A stretch of 64,000 nucleotides of DNA from assembly GCA_913049785.1 (NCBI GenBank), contig CAJWXP010000005.1, positions 14,527-78,526 on the forward strand. Reading direction: 5' to 3'. Both the position numbers and the translations under genes were made by a program. Source of the DNA: an uncultured Dehalococcoidia bacterium. Lineage in GTDB: Bacteria > Chloroflexota > Dehalococcoidia > Lucifugimonadales > UBA1127. The notes under the pieces were generated by a model. The model made no database searches and was not told the DNA's origin. It saw only the letters and a program-made list of their open reading frames with translations. Within the stretch, counting starts at the first letter, position 1; each line of letters starts with the position of its first letter. This document shows positions 20,067 to 30,254 of this stretch, piece by piece.

Positions 20067-20828
20067 TTGCCCAGCCACCCTGAGTTCCGCGTCATTGGTG
20101 TCATCGGTATGCCCGAGATCAAAGAGGGCGACGACCTGGCAGACCTTATCCTGAAGGCGTCTGAGGCCCAAGGAACACCCATAGAGGATAGGGACATCGT
20201 CGTCGTCACGCAGAAGATCGTGTCCAAGACCGAAGGCGCTCTGGTAGACCTGAAAACGGTAGAACCCTCAGAGTTGGCAAAGACCATGGCTGCGGATTGG
20301 GACAAGGACCCTCGCCACGTTGAGGTTGTGCTGAAGGAGAGTCGACGCATCGTGCGGATGGATCACGGCGTGCTCATCACGGAGACCAAGCACGGCTTCA
20401 TCTGCGCCAACTCCGGCGTGGACGCTTCAAACGTCCCGGGCGAGGATATGCTGTGCCTGCTCCCCAAAGACCCTGACGCATCTGCCGAGAGGATCCGTGA
20501 AGCCATCCGACAGCGAACTGGGCACAGTGTGGCGGTCATCATCTCTGACACCTTTGGCAGGCCCTGGCGGGACGGAACCACGGACATAGCCATCGGCACA
20601 GCCGGGATGGACCCACTGAAAGACTACAGGGGTGAGGCCGACCAGTTCGGACGCACACTCAGAGTATCTGTGGCGGCAGTAGCCGATGAGGTGACGGGCG
20701 CTGCGGAGTTGGTCACGGGGAAGAACCAGGAGATTCCGGTGACGCTGGTCAGAGGGTTCCAGTACGAGGAGTCCGCCGAGGGCTCAAAGACGCTCATCAG
20801 GGGCGCATCCCTGGACATGTTCCGTTAA
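20067..20828 (+). CDS. cofE: coenzyme F420-0:L-glutamate ligase
   Basis: TTG at 20067 after AGGAGG. VVVTQKIVSKTEG, ICANSGVDASNV, ISDTFGRPWRDGTTDIAIG. Confidence 0.85.
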   Translation: MPSHPEFRVIGVIGMPEIKEGDDLADLILKASEAQGTPIEDRDIVVVTQKIVSKTEGALVDLKTVEPSELAKTMAADWDKDPRHVEVVLKESRRIVRMDHGVLITETKHGFICANSGVDASNVPGEDMLCLLPKDPDASAERIREAIRQRTGHSVAVIISDTFGRPWRDGTTDIAIGTAGMDPLKDYRGEADQFGRTLRVSVAAVADEVTGAAELVTGKNQEIPVTLVRGFQYEESAEGSKTLIRGASLDMFR

Positions 20829-22468
20829 GTCACGTCGGCTATAGCAGCCTGCACCAGGTCTTCCGGCACATCGTTGCGGGTGACCGCCTTGCCGATGCCC
20901 TCTAGCAACACCCACCGGATATTCCCTGCCGTCGTCTTCTTGTCGACGCTCATGGCTCGACGTATGGCGTCCCGGTCAGCGCCAGGCATCCTGGTCGGTA
21001 GGCCGTACTGCTTCAGCACCTTGTCCTGACGAGCGACCACATCGACGCCGACGAGCCCCATTCCGCGACTTATCCGCACTGCTGCCGTCATGCCTATGGC
21101 TACCGCCTCACCGTGGAGCAGCGTGCCGTACTCTGTGGCCGTCTCTAGTCCGTGGCCTATGGTGTGGCCGTAGTTCAGCAGGATGCGCAGCCCCAGCGTC
21201 TCACGTTCGTCCCTGGTCACCACATCAGCCTTGACCGCCATACTCCGCCGGACCACTTCTGATGTCAGAGGTTGCTCCAGGTTCATTATTGCTTCGGAGT
21301 GCTCCTCGAACGTCTGGAACAGGTCAGCGTCCAGTATCAGTCCATGCTTCACGGCTTCGGACCAGCCTGATGCCCGCTCTCGCTCCGGAAGCGATGCCAA
21401 CGACTCAACGTCCGCCAGCACCATGCGCGGTTGGTGGAACGCTCCCACCAGGTTCTTTCCGGCAGAGAGGTTGATGGCAGTCTTGCCGCCGATGGACGCA
21501 TCCACCATCGCGGCCAGGGAAGTGGGCACCTGCACGACAGGGAGGCCCCGATTGAACGTAGCCGCAGTGAACCCCGCTAGGTCGCCTATGACGCCGCCGC
21601 CCACAGCGACGATGAAGTGGCCACGCTCAGCCCTTCGCTCTGCCAACCACTGGTAACATGCCTCTAGGGTCTCCACAGACTTGGATGTCTCGCCAGCAGG
21701 CACAACGAAGGTGTGCACCGGGATGTCGGCGGCCTCCAGGGACATCTGCACCTTGCGCCCATGGGTGTAGAAGACGTTGCTGTCCGATATGACGTACGCG
21801 GTGCTCGTAAGCCCCGCGCTGCGGCACATAGCACCGATGTCCTCTATCAAGCCTGTTCCTGCATATACTGGGCATGGTCCCGTAGCTGAACGGATGGTCG
21901 CTGCCAGGTCGGCGCCGTGGCTGTCCTGAGTCGCATCGACTCTGCCATCAAGCATCCTGGCTGCTCGAACGACCTCCCGGGCGATGTCCTGCACGCCAAG
22001 GTTATCGGTGTGGACTGTCCAATGGGCCTGGGCGTATGCCGCCGCTCGCTCCGCCTTCAACTCCATGGCACGTCCCAACGGGTTGTCACCCTGCAGGAGG
22101 GGTCGCACAGTCTCACTTCCAGAAGCCTCGGAGAAAAGCCGCTGGATTATCGTCTCAGGGCTGGCTTCCAGGCAAACCACAAAGCCTGATTCTCTCATCA
22201 GGCTCTGGTTTGCGGGGTCGATCACCATGCCGCCTCCGGTGGAGATGACTTGATCGTCCCCGTTGCACACTTCGACCAACGCCTTCGATTCCAGCGCACG
22301 AAAGGCACCCTCACCATCCTCAGCAAAGACAGCCTCAACCGACTTCCCAGCAAGGCGCTCCAGCACGTCGTCAGTGTCAATAAACGTCCAGCCCAGCAGT
22401 GTTGCGACCGCTTGTCCGACTACTGATTTTCCTGTGCCAGCGAACCCCGTGAGGATGACATTCTTCAT
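20825..22468 (-). CDS. aroK/aroB: bifunctional shikimate kinase / 3-dehydroquinate synthase
   Basis: The N-terminus GFAGTGKSVVG...FIDTDD is AroK-like. The C-terminal 360 aa carry GGGVIGDLAGF and NYGHTIGHGLE, as in AroB. Confidence 0.9.
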   Translation of the reverse strand: MKNVILTGFAGTGKSVVGQAVATLLGWTFIDTDDVLERLAGKSVEAVFAEDGEGAFRALESKALVEVCNGDDQVISTGGGMVIDPANQSLMRESGFVVCLEASPETIIQRLFSEASGSETVRPLLQGDNPLGRAMELKAERAAAYAQAHWTVHTDNLGVQDIAREVVRAARMLDGRVDATQDSHGADLAATIRSATGPCPVYAGTGLIEDIGAMCRSAGLTSTAYVISDSNVFYTHGRKVQMSLEAADIPVHTFVVPAGETSKSVETLEACYQWLAERRAERGHFIVAVGGGVIGDLAGFTAATFNRGLPVVQVPTSLAAMVDASIGGKTAINLSAGKNLVGAFHQPRMVLADVESLASLPERERASGWSEAVKHGLILDADLFQTFEEHSEAIMNLEQPLTSEVVRRSMAVKADVVTRDERETLGLRILLNYGHTIGHGLETATEYGTLLHGEAVAIGMTAAVRISRGMGLVGVDVVARQDKVLKQYGLPTRMPGADRDAIRRAMSVDKKTTAGNIRWVLLEGIGKAVTRNDVPEDLVQAAIADVT

Positions 22469-23289
22469 GCTTCGCTCTGCTTCCCAAGGACTGCGTTCAA
22501 GCTGCCCATCTGATACCCGGCCAGGTCAAGCGTAATATAGAGATATCCAAGCGACTTGAAGTGCTCAACCACGCCCGGGCGGACTTCGTCACTGGCCAGA
22601 CGGGGGAACTCCTCAGGGCCTACTTCGATTCGAGCGATGGTCTCATGGTGCCGCACACGCAACTGCCTGAACCCCAACCCTCTCAGGTACGATTCAGCCC
22701 GGGCGATGCGCGTCAACGCTTCCACCGTGACCATTGTGCCGTAGGGGATTCGCGACGATAAACATGCCTGAGCAGGCTTGTCCCAGGTGGGAAGGCCTCG
22801 GAGTCGCGACAGCTCACGGACATCGTCCTTGGTCAGCTCCGCCTCAACCAACGGGCTCCGTGCTCCGTGCTCTTTTCCAGCAGCGATGCCCGGTCGATAA
22901 TCGCCAAGGTCGTCCATGTTGGTGCCATTGGCTATCCATGCGTAGCCATCAGCCTTCGCAATGGGCTTCAGTTCTGTATACAGGTTCACCTTGCAGAAGA
23001 AGCAGCGCTGGGAATCGTTGGCGGCGTAGCGAGGGTCGTCCATCTCCTGCGTCTCAATCACCCGATGACGGAAGCCGAACTGGGCCGCCATAGCAACGGC
23101 GTCTTCCCTCTCCTCCGGGGCCAGCGATAGCGATGACGCTGTGACTGCCAGTGAATGGTCACCAAGCACATCGTGGGCGGCAACCGCCAGCAGTGTGCTA
23201 TCCACCCCACCGGAGAAGGCAACAAGCACCGACCCCATCTCTTTCAGGATGGCATCGAGTCGCTGTTTTTTCTCTGCGATATCGGTCAT
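22465..23289 (-). CDS. larE: ATP-dependent sacrificial sulfur transferase LarE (PP-loop, TIGR00268-like)
   Basis: VAFSGGVDSTLLA PP-loop. Length and C-terminal region resemble LarE. 4-nt overlaps with both neighbours. Confidence 0.75.
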   Translation of the reverse strand: MTDIAEKKQRLDAILKEMGSVLVAFSGGVDSTLLAVAAHDVLGDHSLAVTASSLSLAPEEREDAVAMAAQFGFRHRVIETQEMDDPRYAANDSQRCFFCKVNLYTELKPIAKADGYAWIANGTNMDDLGDYRPGIAAGKEHGARSPLVEAELTKDDVRELSRLRGLPTWDKPAQACLSSRIPYGTMVTVEALTRIARAESYLRGLGFRQLRVRHHETIARIEVGPEEFPRLASDEVRPGVVEHFKSLGYLYITLDLAGYQMGSLNAVLGKQSEA

Positions 23290-24749
23290 GTTTCGCTCTC
23301 CCCTTCTGCGGTAACGGACGCCCTCTCGCCACGACCTGCCGAGCGAGCCCGCGGGAAAAGGGCATGGATTGCCTGGTTCAATGTCGCAACGGGGACGATG
23401 TCCAGCCCCTTCAGGTCTGCGGGATCGATCTCGGCCGCTTCTGGAATCACAGCTCGACGGAGGCCTAATCGGGCGGCCTCTTGCAATCGGCGCCCCATCT
23501 GCGCTACCGGGCGAACCTCTCCGCCAAGGCCGACTTCGCCAAGGGCAACGACGTCCGTCTCCAAGGGCTGATCCCTGAAACTGGATGCGATAGCGAGGGC
23601 CGTAGCAAGGTCTGCGCTGGTCTCTGTGACTCGCAGACCGCCGGTCACGTTCACGACGATGTCCTGACCGCCCAGGGGAATCCCGGCGCGTCGACTCAAT
23701 ACAGTCGCGAGTAGCACAAGACGGTTGCCTTCCATTCCGTTGGCCACACGTCTGGGCGTCGGCCCCACCACCGGAGCGGTCAACGCCTGCACTTCCACAA
23801 GCATCGGGCGTGTCCCTTGCAGCACCGGCGTGACCACGGAACCGACAATAGGCCCCTTGCGCTGAGAGAGCATCATGCTGGAGGGATCAGACACCTCGAC
23901 TAGGCCGTTGGCGTCCATCTGGAAGAGCGCTACTTCATCGGTTGAACCGAACCGGTTCTTCTCGCTACGTAGCACACGCAGTTCACTCGCGCGCTCGCCC
24001 TCAAGGTAGAGGACAACGTCCACCATGTGCTCCAACACCCGGGGCCCGGCCACATCACCCTCTTTGGTCACATGCCCAGCGATAATGACAGGCGTACGGT
24101 TGGCCTTGGCCCAGCCCATCAGCAAGCGCGCACCTTCTCGTATCTGCGTCACACTACCCGGGGCAGAGGACGATGCATCTGTGTACAGCGTCTGGATGGA
24201 GTCCACCAACACCGCCACGGGCTCAGTCTTGTCCATCCAACCGAGAACCTCCCTGGCCGATGTTTCGTTCAGCAGCAAAAAATTGCGTCCTGAGATGCCC
24301 AACCGCTCAGCGCGGAGTCGCACCTGCGTCGCCGATTCCTCGCCGGAGATATACAGTACCGAGCCTCGTGCGTCGTCCACGAGCGTTTCGGGAGCGAGGG
24401 CGCCAGCGATCTGCAACATGAGGGTCGACTTACCGATGCCGGGGTCGCCTGCAAGCAGCACTACTGAGCCGGGAACCAGGCCGCCGCCGAGCACGCGGTT
24501 CATCTCCGGGTAGGGCAGGATGATGCGCGGGGTGTCCTCTAGCGATATCGCTGAAAGCTCTGTAGGCCCGTTGGCCTCACGAGGCGTCCACGTCGTGGTA
24601 TTAGAGGGAGGTGGTACAAAAGGGGATGAGGCCTGAGGTGGCGGAGCCTCTTCAAGCGGTGAGCCGGAGCCGCAGACGTAGCAAAAGCCCATCCATTGGG
24701 TATGGCCTGTTCCGCATTCCGGGCAGATGTACGCGATAGTGTCTGCCAT
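23286..24749 (-). CDS. radA: DNA repair protein RadA/Sms
   Basis: N-terminal CPECG...CYVCG zinc finger, GDPGIGKST Walker A, the KNRFG motif, and a Lon-like C-terminus. Confidence 0.9.
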   Translation of the reverse strand: MADTIAYICPECGTGHTQWMGFCYVCGSGSPLEEAPPPQASSPFVPPPSNTTTWTPREANGPTELSAISLEDTPRIILPYPEMNRVLGGGLVPGSVVLLAGDPGIGKSTLMLQIAGALAPETLVDDARGSVLYISGEESATQVRLRAERLGISGRNFLLLNETSAREVLGWMDKTEPVAVLVDSIQTLYTDASSSAPGSVTQIREGARLLMGWAKANRTPVIIAGHVTKEGDVAGPRVLEHMVDVVLYLEGERASELRVLRSEKNRFGSTDEVALFQMDANGLVEVSDPSSMMLSQRKGPIVGSVVTPVLQGTRPMLVEVQALTAPVVGPTPRRVANGMEGNRLVLLATVLSRRAGIPLGGQDIVVNVTGGLRVTETSADLATALAIASSFRDQPLETDVVALGEVGLGGEVRPVAQMGRRLQEAARLGLRRAVIPEAAEIDPADLKGLDIVPVATLNQAIHALFPRARSAGRGERASVTAEGESET

Positions 24750-24844
24750 GTCCCCCGGCTTCCCTCCAATATCAATACGCTGAGTCCTGGTAAGTGTACC
24801 AGGGGACTATGGGCTAGGAAACCATATTTCCTGAGCCTTGCAGC

Positions 24845-26425
24845 CTACATATGTATCAGGCGAGCGGAAGTGATATTAGGATTCTGTCTCAGCTCTTCCA
24901 GAACGCTATCCGGCATCGGGTCGTCAAGGCCAACCATCATGGTCGCATGGCCTCTGGCCTCTGCCCTGCCCACTTCCATGAAGCTAATGTTGATATCATG
25001 CTTGCCGGCTATTTCGCCCACAGTGCCGATCATGCCGGGGCGGTCAAGGTTGTCGATGATCAACAGGTACGGGCTGTCCACCGCTGCATCCACCAGGTGC
25101 TCGCCCACACGCGTTACATGTGTTCGGCCCCTGAGGTGTGTCCCACCGACGATGACCTCCCCGCCGGTTGTCGCCAAGCGCACAGTGATCTCGTTGGCAA
25201 ACTGTTGGGGCACCGGGTCCTTCTCTTCCTTGATCTGGAGCCCTCGTTCCTCTGCAAGAAGCGCCGCGTTCACCAGGTTGACGCGGTCCTCTGTTCCCGG
25301 CTGAAGCAACCCCATCAGCACAGCGGCTTTCAGCGTTCCGGTCTCACCGGTGGCCAGCTCGCCCTGATACTGGACGGTTACGGAGTTGGGTTGCCCGTTG
25401 GCCATCTGGATGGCGATCTTTCCGATCATCACTGCCGCATCAAGGAAGGGTTCAATGACATCCTGGACCTCAGGTGCCACAAAGGGTACGTTCACGGTGA
25501 ATCGGGCTGGCTGGCCTTTTAACACAGTCAATACCTGCTCCACGACTTCTCGAGTGACCGCGGCCTGCGCCTCGACGGTAGATGCGCCAAGATGGGGGGT
25601 GGCAACGATCTTCGGGTGGAGGGCGAGTCGATAGTCTTCTAACGGCTCCTTGGTGAACACATCGATCGCAGCGCCGGCCAGCTTATCTTCGTCCAGAGCC
25701 TTGATCAGGGCGTCCTCATCGACCAACCCACCGCGAGCGACGTTGATGATCCGCGCTGTTGGCTTCATCAGGGCGATCTCTCGAGCGCCGATGAGGCTCT
25801 TTGTCGTGTCGGTAAGCGGGGTATGGAGCGTCAGGAAGTCGCACTGTGCCAGCATCGCATCAAACTCGGCTATTTCCACGCCCAATCGAGCAGCACGCTC
25901 CGGCACCAGGTACGGGTCGAAACCCACAACATGCATCTCCAACCCCTGGGCACGCTTTGCGACTTCTGAGCCCACGCGACCGAGCCCAACGATACCCAGC
26001 GTCTTCCCTTTCACCTCCACACCCATGAACTGGGAGCGGTTCCACTGTTCCTGTCGCATGGAGGAGTTCGCTTCGGCGATGTGCCGCGCAAGCGCCATCA
26101 TGATAGCGATGGTGTGCTCTGCCGCCGCGATGGTGTTTCCTGTTGGCGCGTAGACCACGGCGATACCCTTTCGAGTGGCAGCGTCCAGATCGATGTTGTC
26201 TACGCCCACGCCAGCCCTGCCGACGACTCGCAGATTCACGCCAGCGTCGATGACGGCTGCAGTGACCTGGCTCTCACTCCGAACGATGAGCGCATCATAG
26301 TCCGCAACGGCTGCAACAAGCTCTTCCGGCTTCATCTTCAGCCGTATCTCTACGGTTATATCGGGTTCTGCTTCAAGCAGGTCCAGTCCTTCCTGATGGA
26401 GGGGGTCTGCAATTAGAACCTTCAC
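24845..26425 (-). CDS. serA: D-3-phosphoglycerate dehydrogenase (long form with ACT domain)
   Basis: 526 aa. GIVGLGRVGSEVA, NVARGGLVDEDAL, and C-terminal ASB/ACT-like domains. Confidence 0.9.
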   Translation of the reverse strand: MKVLIADPLHQEGLDLLEAEPDITVEIRLKMKPEELVAAVADYDALIVRSESQVTAAVIDAGVNLRVVGRAGVGVDNIDLDAATRKGIAVVYAPTGNTIAAAEHTIAIMMALARHIAEANSSMRQEQWNRSQFMGVEVKGKTLGIVGLGRVGSEVAKRAQGLEMHVVGFDPYLVPERAARLGVEIAEFDAMLAQCDFLTLHTPLTDTTKSLIGAREIALMKPTARIINVARGGLVDEDALIKALDEDKLAGAAIDVFTKEPLEDYRLALHPKIVATPHLGASTVEAQAAVTREVVEQVLTVLKGQPARFTVNVPFVAPEVQDVIEPFLDAAVMIGKIAIQMANGQPNSVTVQYQGELATGETGTLKAAVLMGLLQPGTEDRVNLVNAALLAEERGLQIKEEKDPVPQQFANEITVRLATTGGEVIVGGTHLRGRTHVTRVGEHLVDAAVDSPYLLIIDNLDRPGMIGTVGEIAGKHDINISFMEVGRAEARGHATMMVGLDDPMPDSVLEELRQNPNITSARLIHM

Positions 26426-26452
26426 ATGAACTCCTTATTCCCTGATTTTAAC

Positions 26453-26487
26453 GCAAAAGGCCCGCTTCCCTGATGGGGTTGCGGGCC
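26453..26487 (-). terminator. rho-independent terminator after the class-V aminotransferase gene
   Basis: On the minus strand: GGCCCGC, a 15-nt loop, GCGGGCC, then UUUUGCG. Arms are at 26481-26487 and 26459-26465. Confidence 0.55.
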
Positions 26488-26531
26488 GAAAATGCAGGGA
26501 TTTAGTTTCGTACGTTTACTTATCGGCCTAC

Positions 26532-27626
26532 CTAAGCCGGAACCGTATAACCCAACTCCGGGAGCACTGATCTCAGCGAAGCCATGACGTCATCAACGTC
26601 ATCATCCGTGATGTGGCCCATGTGTCCTACCCGGAAGATCTTGCCGCTCAGAGACCCCTGGCCCCCAGCAACGATGACTTCCCGATCAGAGCGCAGCTTA
26701 CCGCGTAACGCCGATAGCTCTACGCCCTCAGGGACCTTGACCGCAGTGACGGTGTCTGAAGCGTACTTCTCGTTATTGGGGAAGAGCTCCAGGCCCAATT
26801 TCTTGACCCCGTTACGGACGTCGTTGGCGATCCTGGCATGCTTCTCGTATACGGCACCCATGCCATCAGCCATCATCTTCTTCAGTGCCAGGTCTAGGGA
26901 GAACATCACGGACACTGCGGGCGTCCAAGGCGTCTGACCTTGATCGTAGTAGCTGAATGCTCGGCTGAACTCGAAGTAGAACCGGGGTATCGTGGCCGTC
27001 TTGGCAGCCTCGATCGCTCGGGGGCCCACCGCTGCGAATGCCAGTCCCGGCGGTACCATGAAGCCCTTCTGGGAACCGGTGACTACAACGTCCAGATCCC
27101 ATGCATCCATCTCTACCGGGATGCAGCCCACGCTGCTAATGGCGTCAACCAATGTGAGTCGGTCATATTCCCGGACGACTTTGGCTATGGCAGCCAGGTC
27201 GTTGGTGATGCCGGTGGAAGTCTCGTTGTGTGTGATGAGGACGGCTTTGATGGTGGCATCAGCCTTCAGGGCCTTGCCGATTTCCTCCGGGTCAGCTGCA
27301 TCGCCGTATTCAGTAGGGAGCTTGACCACGTCCACGCCATACGCCTCTGCGATCTGGCTGAAGCGGTCGCCGAACACGCCGATGCTGATACTCAGCACCC
27401 GGTCTCCCGGTGACAGCGTGTTGATTATGGCTCCCTCCATGGCGCCTGTGCCTGAGGCGGTGAGGATGGCAATCTGGTTCTTTGTCTGGAATGCAGTCTG
27501 GAGGCCGGAGTGAATCCTGCCAATCATGTCCTTGAACTCTGGACCACGGTGGTCGATCATCTGCTGGGCCCCCGCCTGAAGCACGTCTTCAGGGCATGGC
27601 GTAGGGCCGGGAATGCGCAAATTCAC
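26532..27626 (-). CDS. class-V aminotransferase (serine-pyruvate / phosphoserine aminotransferase-like)
   Basis: Class-V pattern with SGSQKG (PLP lysine). It sits directly upstream of serA, which suggests a role in the serine pathway. Confidence 0.8.
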   Translation of the reverse strand: MNLRIPGPTPCPEDVLQAGAQQMIDHRGPEFKDMIGRIHSGLQTAFQTKNQIAILTASGTGAMEGAIINTLSPGDRVLSISIGVFGDRFSQIAEAYGVDVVKLPTEYGDAADPEEIGKALKADATIKAVLITHNETSTGITNDLAAIAKVVREYDRLTLVDAISSVGCIPVEMDAWDLDVVVTGSQKGFMVPPGLAFAAVGPRAIEAAKTATIPRFYFEFSRAFSYYDQGQTPWTPAVSVMFSLDLALKKMMADGMGAVYEKHARIANDVRNGVKKLGLELFPNNEKYASDTVTAVKVPEGVELSALRGKLRSDREVIVAGGQGSLSGKIFRVGHMGHITDDDVDDVMASLRSVLPELGYTVPA

Positions 27627-27848
27627 AGAAAGCCTCCTCGCTGAATAAACATGGGTGTTCGGTTGTGAATGTTAGCACATAGTCAGGGGAGAAAAAAGGC
27701 CAGGTGACTTACTATGGCGAAAATCGTCGCCTAATTATAGGAGAAAAGAATAGAGGGGTAGGGTAACCAGTAGGTTAGCTTTTTCCCTCAACCAACCCCA
27801 GGCGTCCTGTCATTCTGAGGGAGCACAGCGACTGAAGAATCCGGATTC

Positions 27849-29102
27849 TTAGCCCTTGTCCTCAACGAGCCGTACGAACTTGCGCTTCCCCACCTTCACC
27901 ACAGCCCCATCGTGGATGGGTAGTGTATCGGTGACACGCACGCCGTCGACTTCAACCGCGCCCTGGGAGACCAGACGCTTTGCCTCAGCCTTGCTGGACG
28001 CTAGGCCAAGAGCGTGTATGACATCCGCTGCTGGAGCCGCTGACGCAACCTGGCTCTCACCACCATCACCGAAGACGGTCAGTGCTCCTTTGCCGGTCGA
28101 AGCGTAACGAAGCGTGGGGATGTCCTCCGGGGCCTCACGACGCTGCACCGTACGCTCGAAGTGCTCCTGGGCCGCCTGCGCCCCGTCCGCCGACCAGAAC
28201 TGCTCCACGATCTCGCGGGCCAGCCGCTTTTTGTACTCCATGGGGTTCACAGCCCCACTGGCCATTGCTTCACCCATCGCCTGGATGTCCGCCAACGGTG
28301 TATCCGTGAGTAGCGTGAAGTATGAGTCGATGAGATTGTCCGGCAGCGACAGCACCTTGCCGTACTGCTCCTGAGGCGCCTCGTCCACGCCGATGTAGTT
28401 GCCTAGACTCTTGCTCATCTTCTGGACGCCGTCTGTGCCCTCAAGGATGGGCACCATGAAGCACTGCTGCGGTCGCTGGCCTCGGAGTTCCTGGAGCTCA
28501 CGGCCCATCAGCAGGTTGAACTTCTGGTCTGTGCCGCCAAACTCCACATCGGCCTTGACCATCACGGAGTCGTACGCCTGAAGTAGGGGATACAGCAGCT
28601 CCGTTATCGCGATGGGCCGGTTCTGCTCGAACCGCTTGCGAAAGTCATCCCTGGCCAGCATCTGCGCCACGGTAAAACTGCCGGTGAGCTTCACCACATC
28701 GGTCAGGGTGAACTTGCCGTACCACTCGCTCTGCCAGATAACCTCCGTCCGGGACTCGTCCACCACCTTGAAGAACTGCCGCAGGTAGGTCTCGGCGTTC
28801 GCGATCACGTCTTCGTGGGTCAGCACCGGGCGTGTGACCGATTGACCGCTTGGGTCGCCGATCTGCGCCGTCCAGTCCCCGACGATGAGAACGACCTGGT
28901 GTCCAAGGTTCTGGAGCTGTCGGAGCTTCCGCAGTCCGACGACGTGACCCAGGTGGATGTCGCGGCTTGACGGATCAAACCCCATCTTCAACCGGAGGGG
29001 GTCACCCTTTTGCAGCAGGCGACGGAACTCATTTTCATCGATGATCTCCGCCACACCTCGCTGGGTGACCATGTTCAGTGTCTCTTCAGATAAGGGCATC
29101 AA
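27849..29102 (-). CDS. tyrS: tyrosine--tRNA ligase
   Basis: HLGH (IHLGHVVG) and KMSKS signatures, with a C-terminal S4-like domain. Confidence 0.9.
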   Translation of the reverse strand: MMPLSEETLNMVTQRGVAEIIDENEFRRLLQKGDPLRLKMGFDPSSRDIHLGHVVGLRKLRQLQNLGHQVVLIVGDWTAQIGDPSGQSVTRPVLTHEDVIANAETYLRQFFKVVDESRTEVIWQSEWYGKFTLTDVVKLTGSFTVAQMLARDDFRKRFEQNRPIAITELLYPLLQAYDSVMVKADVEFGGTDQKFNLLMGRELQELRGQRPQQCFMVPILEGTDGVQKMSKSLGNYIGVDEAPQEQYGKVLSLPDNLIDSYFTLLTDTPLADIQAMGEAMASGAVNPMEYKKRLAREIVEQFWSADGAQAAQEHFERTVQRREAPEDIPTLRYASTGKGALTVFGDGGESQVASAAPAADVIHALGLASSKAEAKRLVSQGAVEVDGVRVTDTLPIHDGAVVKVGKRKFVRLVEDKG

Positions 29103-29174
29103 GATCCTCGTTCATGTTGTAAAACCAGCCAGCACATTGTACGGCAGAAACGGGCCTCAATGCAGAGGCGGGCC

Positions 29175-30122
29175 TTACCAACTTGGTGGGAGCATATCCG
29201 CGTCCTCAGCAAGGGCCACTCTGGCCTGGGCCACATCCACGTGTAGCTGATTGACCAGGGCATCCACCCCGTCGAACTTTATCTCACCTCGAAGCTTGCG
29301 ATCAAAGGCCACCCGGATCTTCGCGTTGTACAGATCGCCGTCGTAATCAAAGATGTGCGTTTCCATCTTGCGACCACCGGCCCCAAAGGTGGGTCTAAAG
29401 CCGATGTTCGTCGCAGATGGGTAGGTCTTACCATCGGCCTGGGTCCATGTAGCGTAGATTCCGTCAGCCGGCAGAATGATACCGGTTTCCGACTCAACGT
29501 TGGCTGTGGGGAAACCGATCTGCCGTCCGCGCTGATCCCCCTCGACGACAAATCCAGTCAGGATGAAGGGTCTGCTCAACATCCACGCTGCGTCTTTCAT
29601 CTCGCCCGCCTGCACGCTAGACCTGACAGCCGTACTGCTGACGATGCGGCCCTCGAACTCCACCGGTTCGACAACCTCCACCGTGAAGCCCAACTCTTTG
29701 CCAAGCTCGGTGAGGACTGCAGCAGTGCCCTCGCGCTGATACCCGAAGGCGAAGTCCGGCCCGACTACCAGGCCGCGCATGTTCAACGTTTCTTTGAGCA
29801 GCTCCACGAACTCTCGTGCCCGGAGATAAGAGAGGTCAGGGGTGAAGCTCAATGGAACCACCAAATCCACACCCTGCTCAGATATAAGCCGAAGTCGATC
29901 CTCCGGAGTGGTGAGCAGGGGAACGCGCACATCGGGTCGCATGACAGAGCGAGGGTGGTTGGTGAAGGTGATGACGCCGCTGGCGCAACCCTGGCGCGCA
30001 GCCGATTCCTTGAGGCACCCGATGAGGTACTGGTGCCCTTTGTGCACGCCGTCAAACATGCCTACCGTGATGACGGTAGGGTTTGTGGTATGTAGGCGGG
30101 CTAACTCTTCCAGTACGCTCAT
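29175..30122 (-). CDS. ribF: bifunctional riboflavin kinase / FAD synthetase
   Basis: GMFDGVHKGHQ, with a C-terminal riboflavin kinase region (GFPTAN, E.HIFD). Confidence 0.9.
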   Translation of the reverse strand: MSVLEELARLHTTNPTVITVGMFDGVHKGHQYLIGCLKESAARQGCASGVITFTNHPRSVMRPDVRVPLLTTPEDRLRLISEQGVDLVVPLSFTPDLSYLRAREFVELLKETLNMRGLVVGPDFAFGYQREGTAAVLTELGKELGFTVEVVEPVEFEGRIVSSTAVRSSVQAGEMKDAAWMLSRPFILTGFVVEGDQRGRQIGFPTANVESETGIILPADGIYATWTQADGKTYPSATNIGFRPTFGAGGRKMETHIFDYDGDLYNAKIRVAFDRKLRGEIKFDGVDALVNQLHVDVAQARVALAEDADMLPPSW

Positions 30123-30254
30123 AGGCTAGTTAAGCCAACGGAAGTAAAAATCCTCAACTGCATGGCGGGCGAATCCTAGCACGAGCGTTCAGCGGAGTCT
30201 ACTTCCACGGAACCTCGTCACGAATTTCTGGCGAGGGGCTAAACCCGCCGCATT

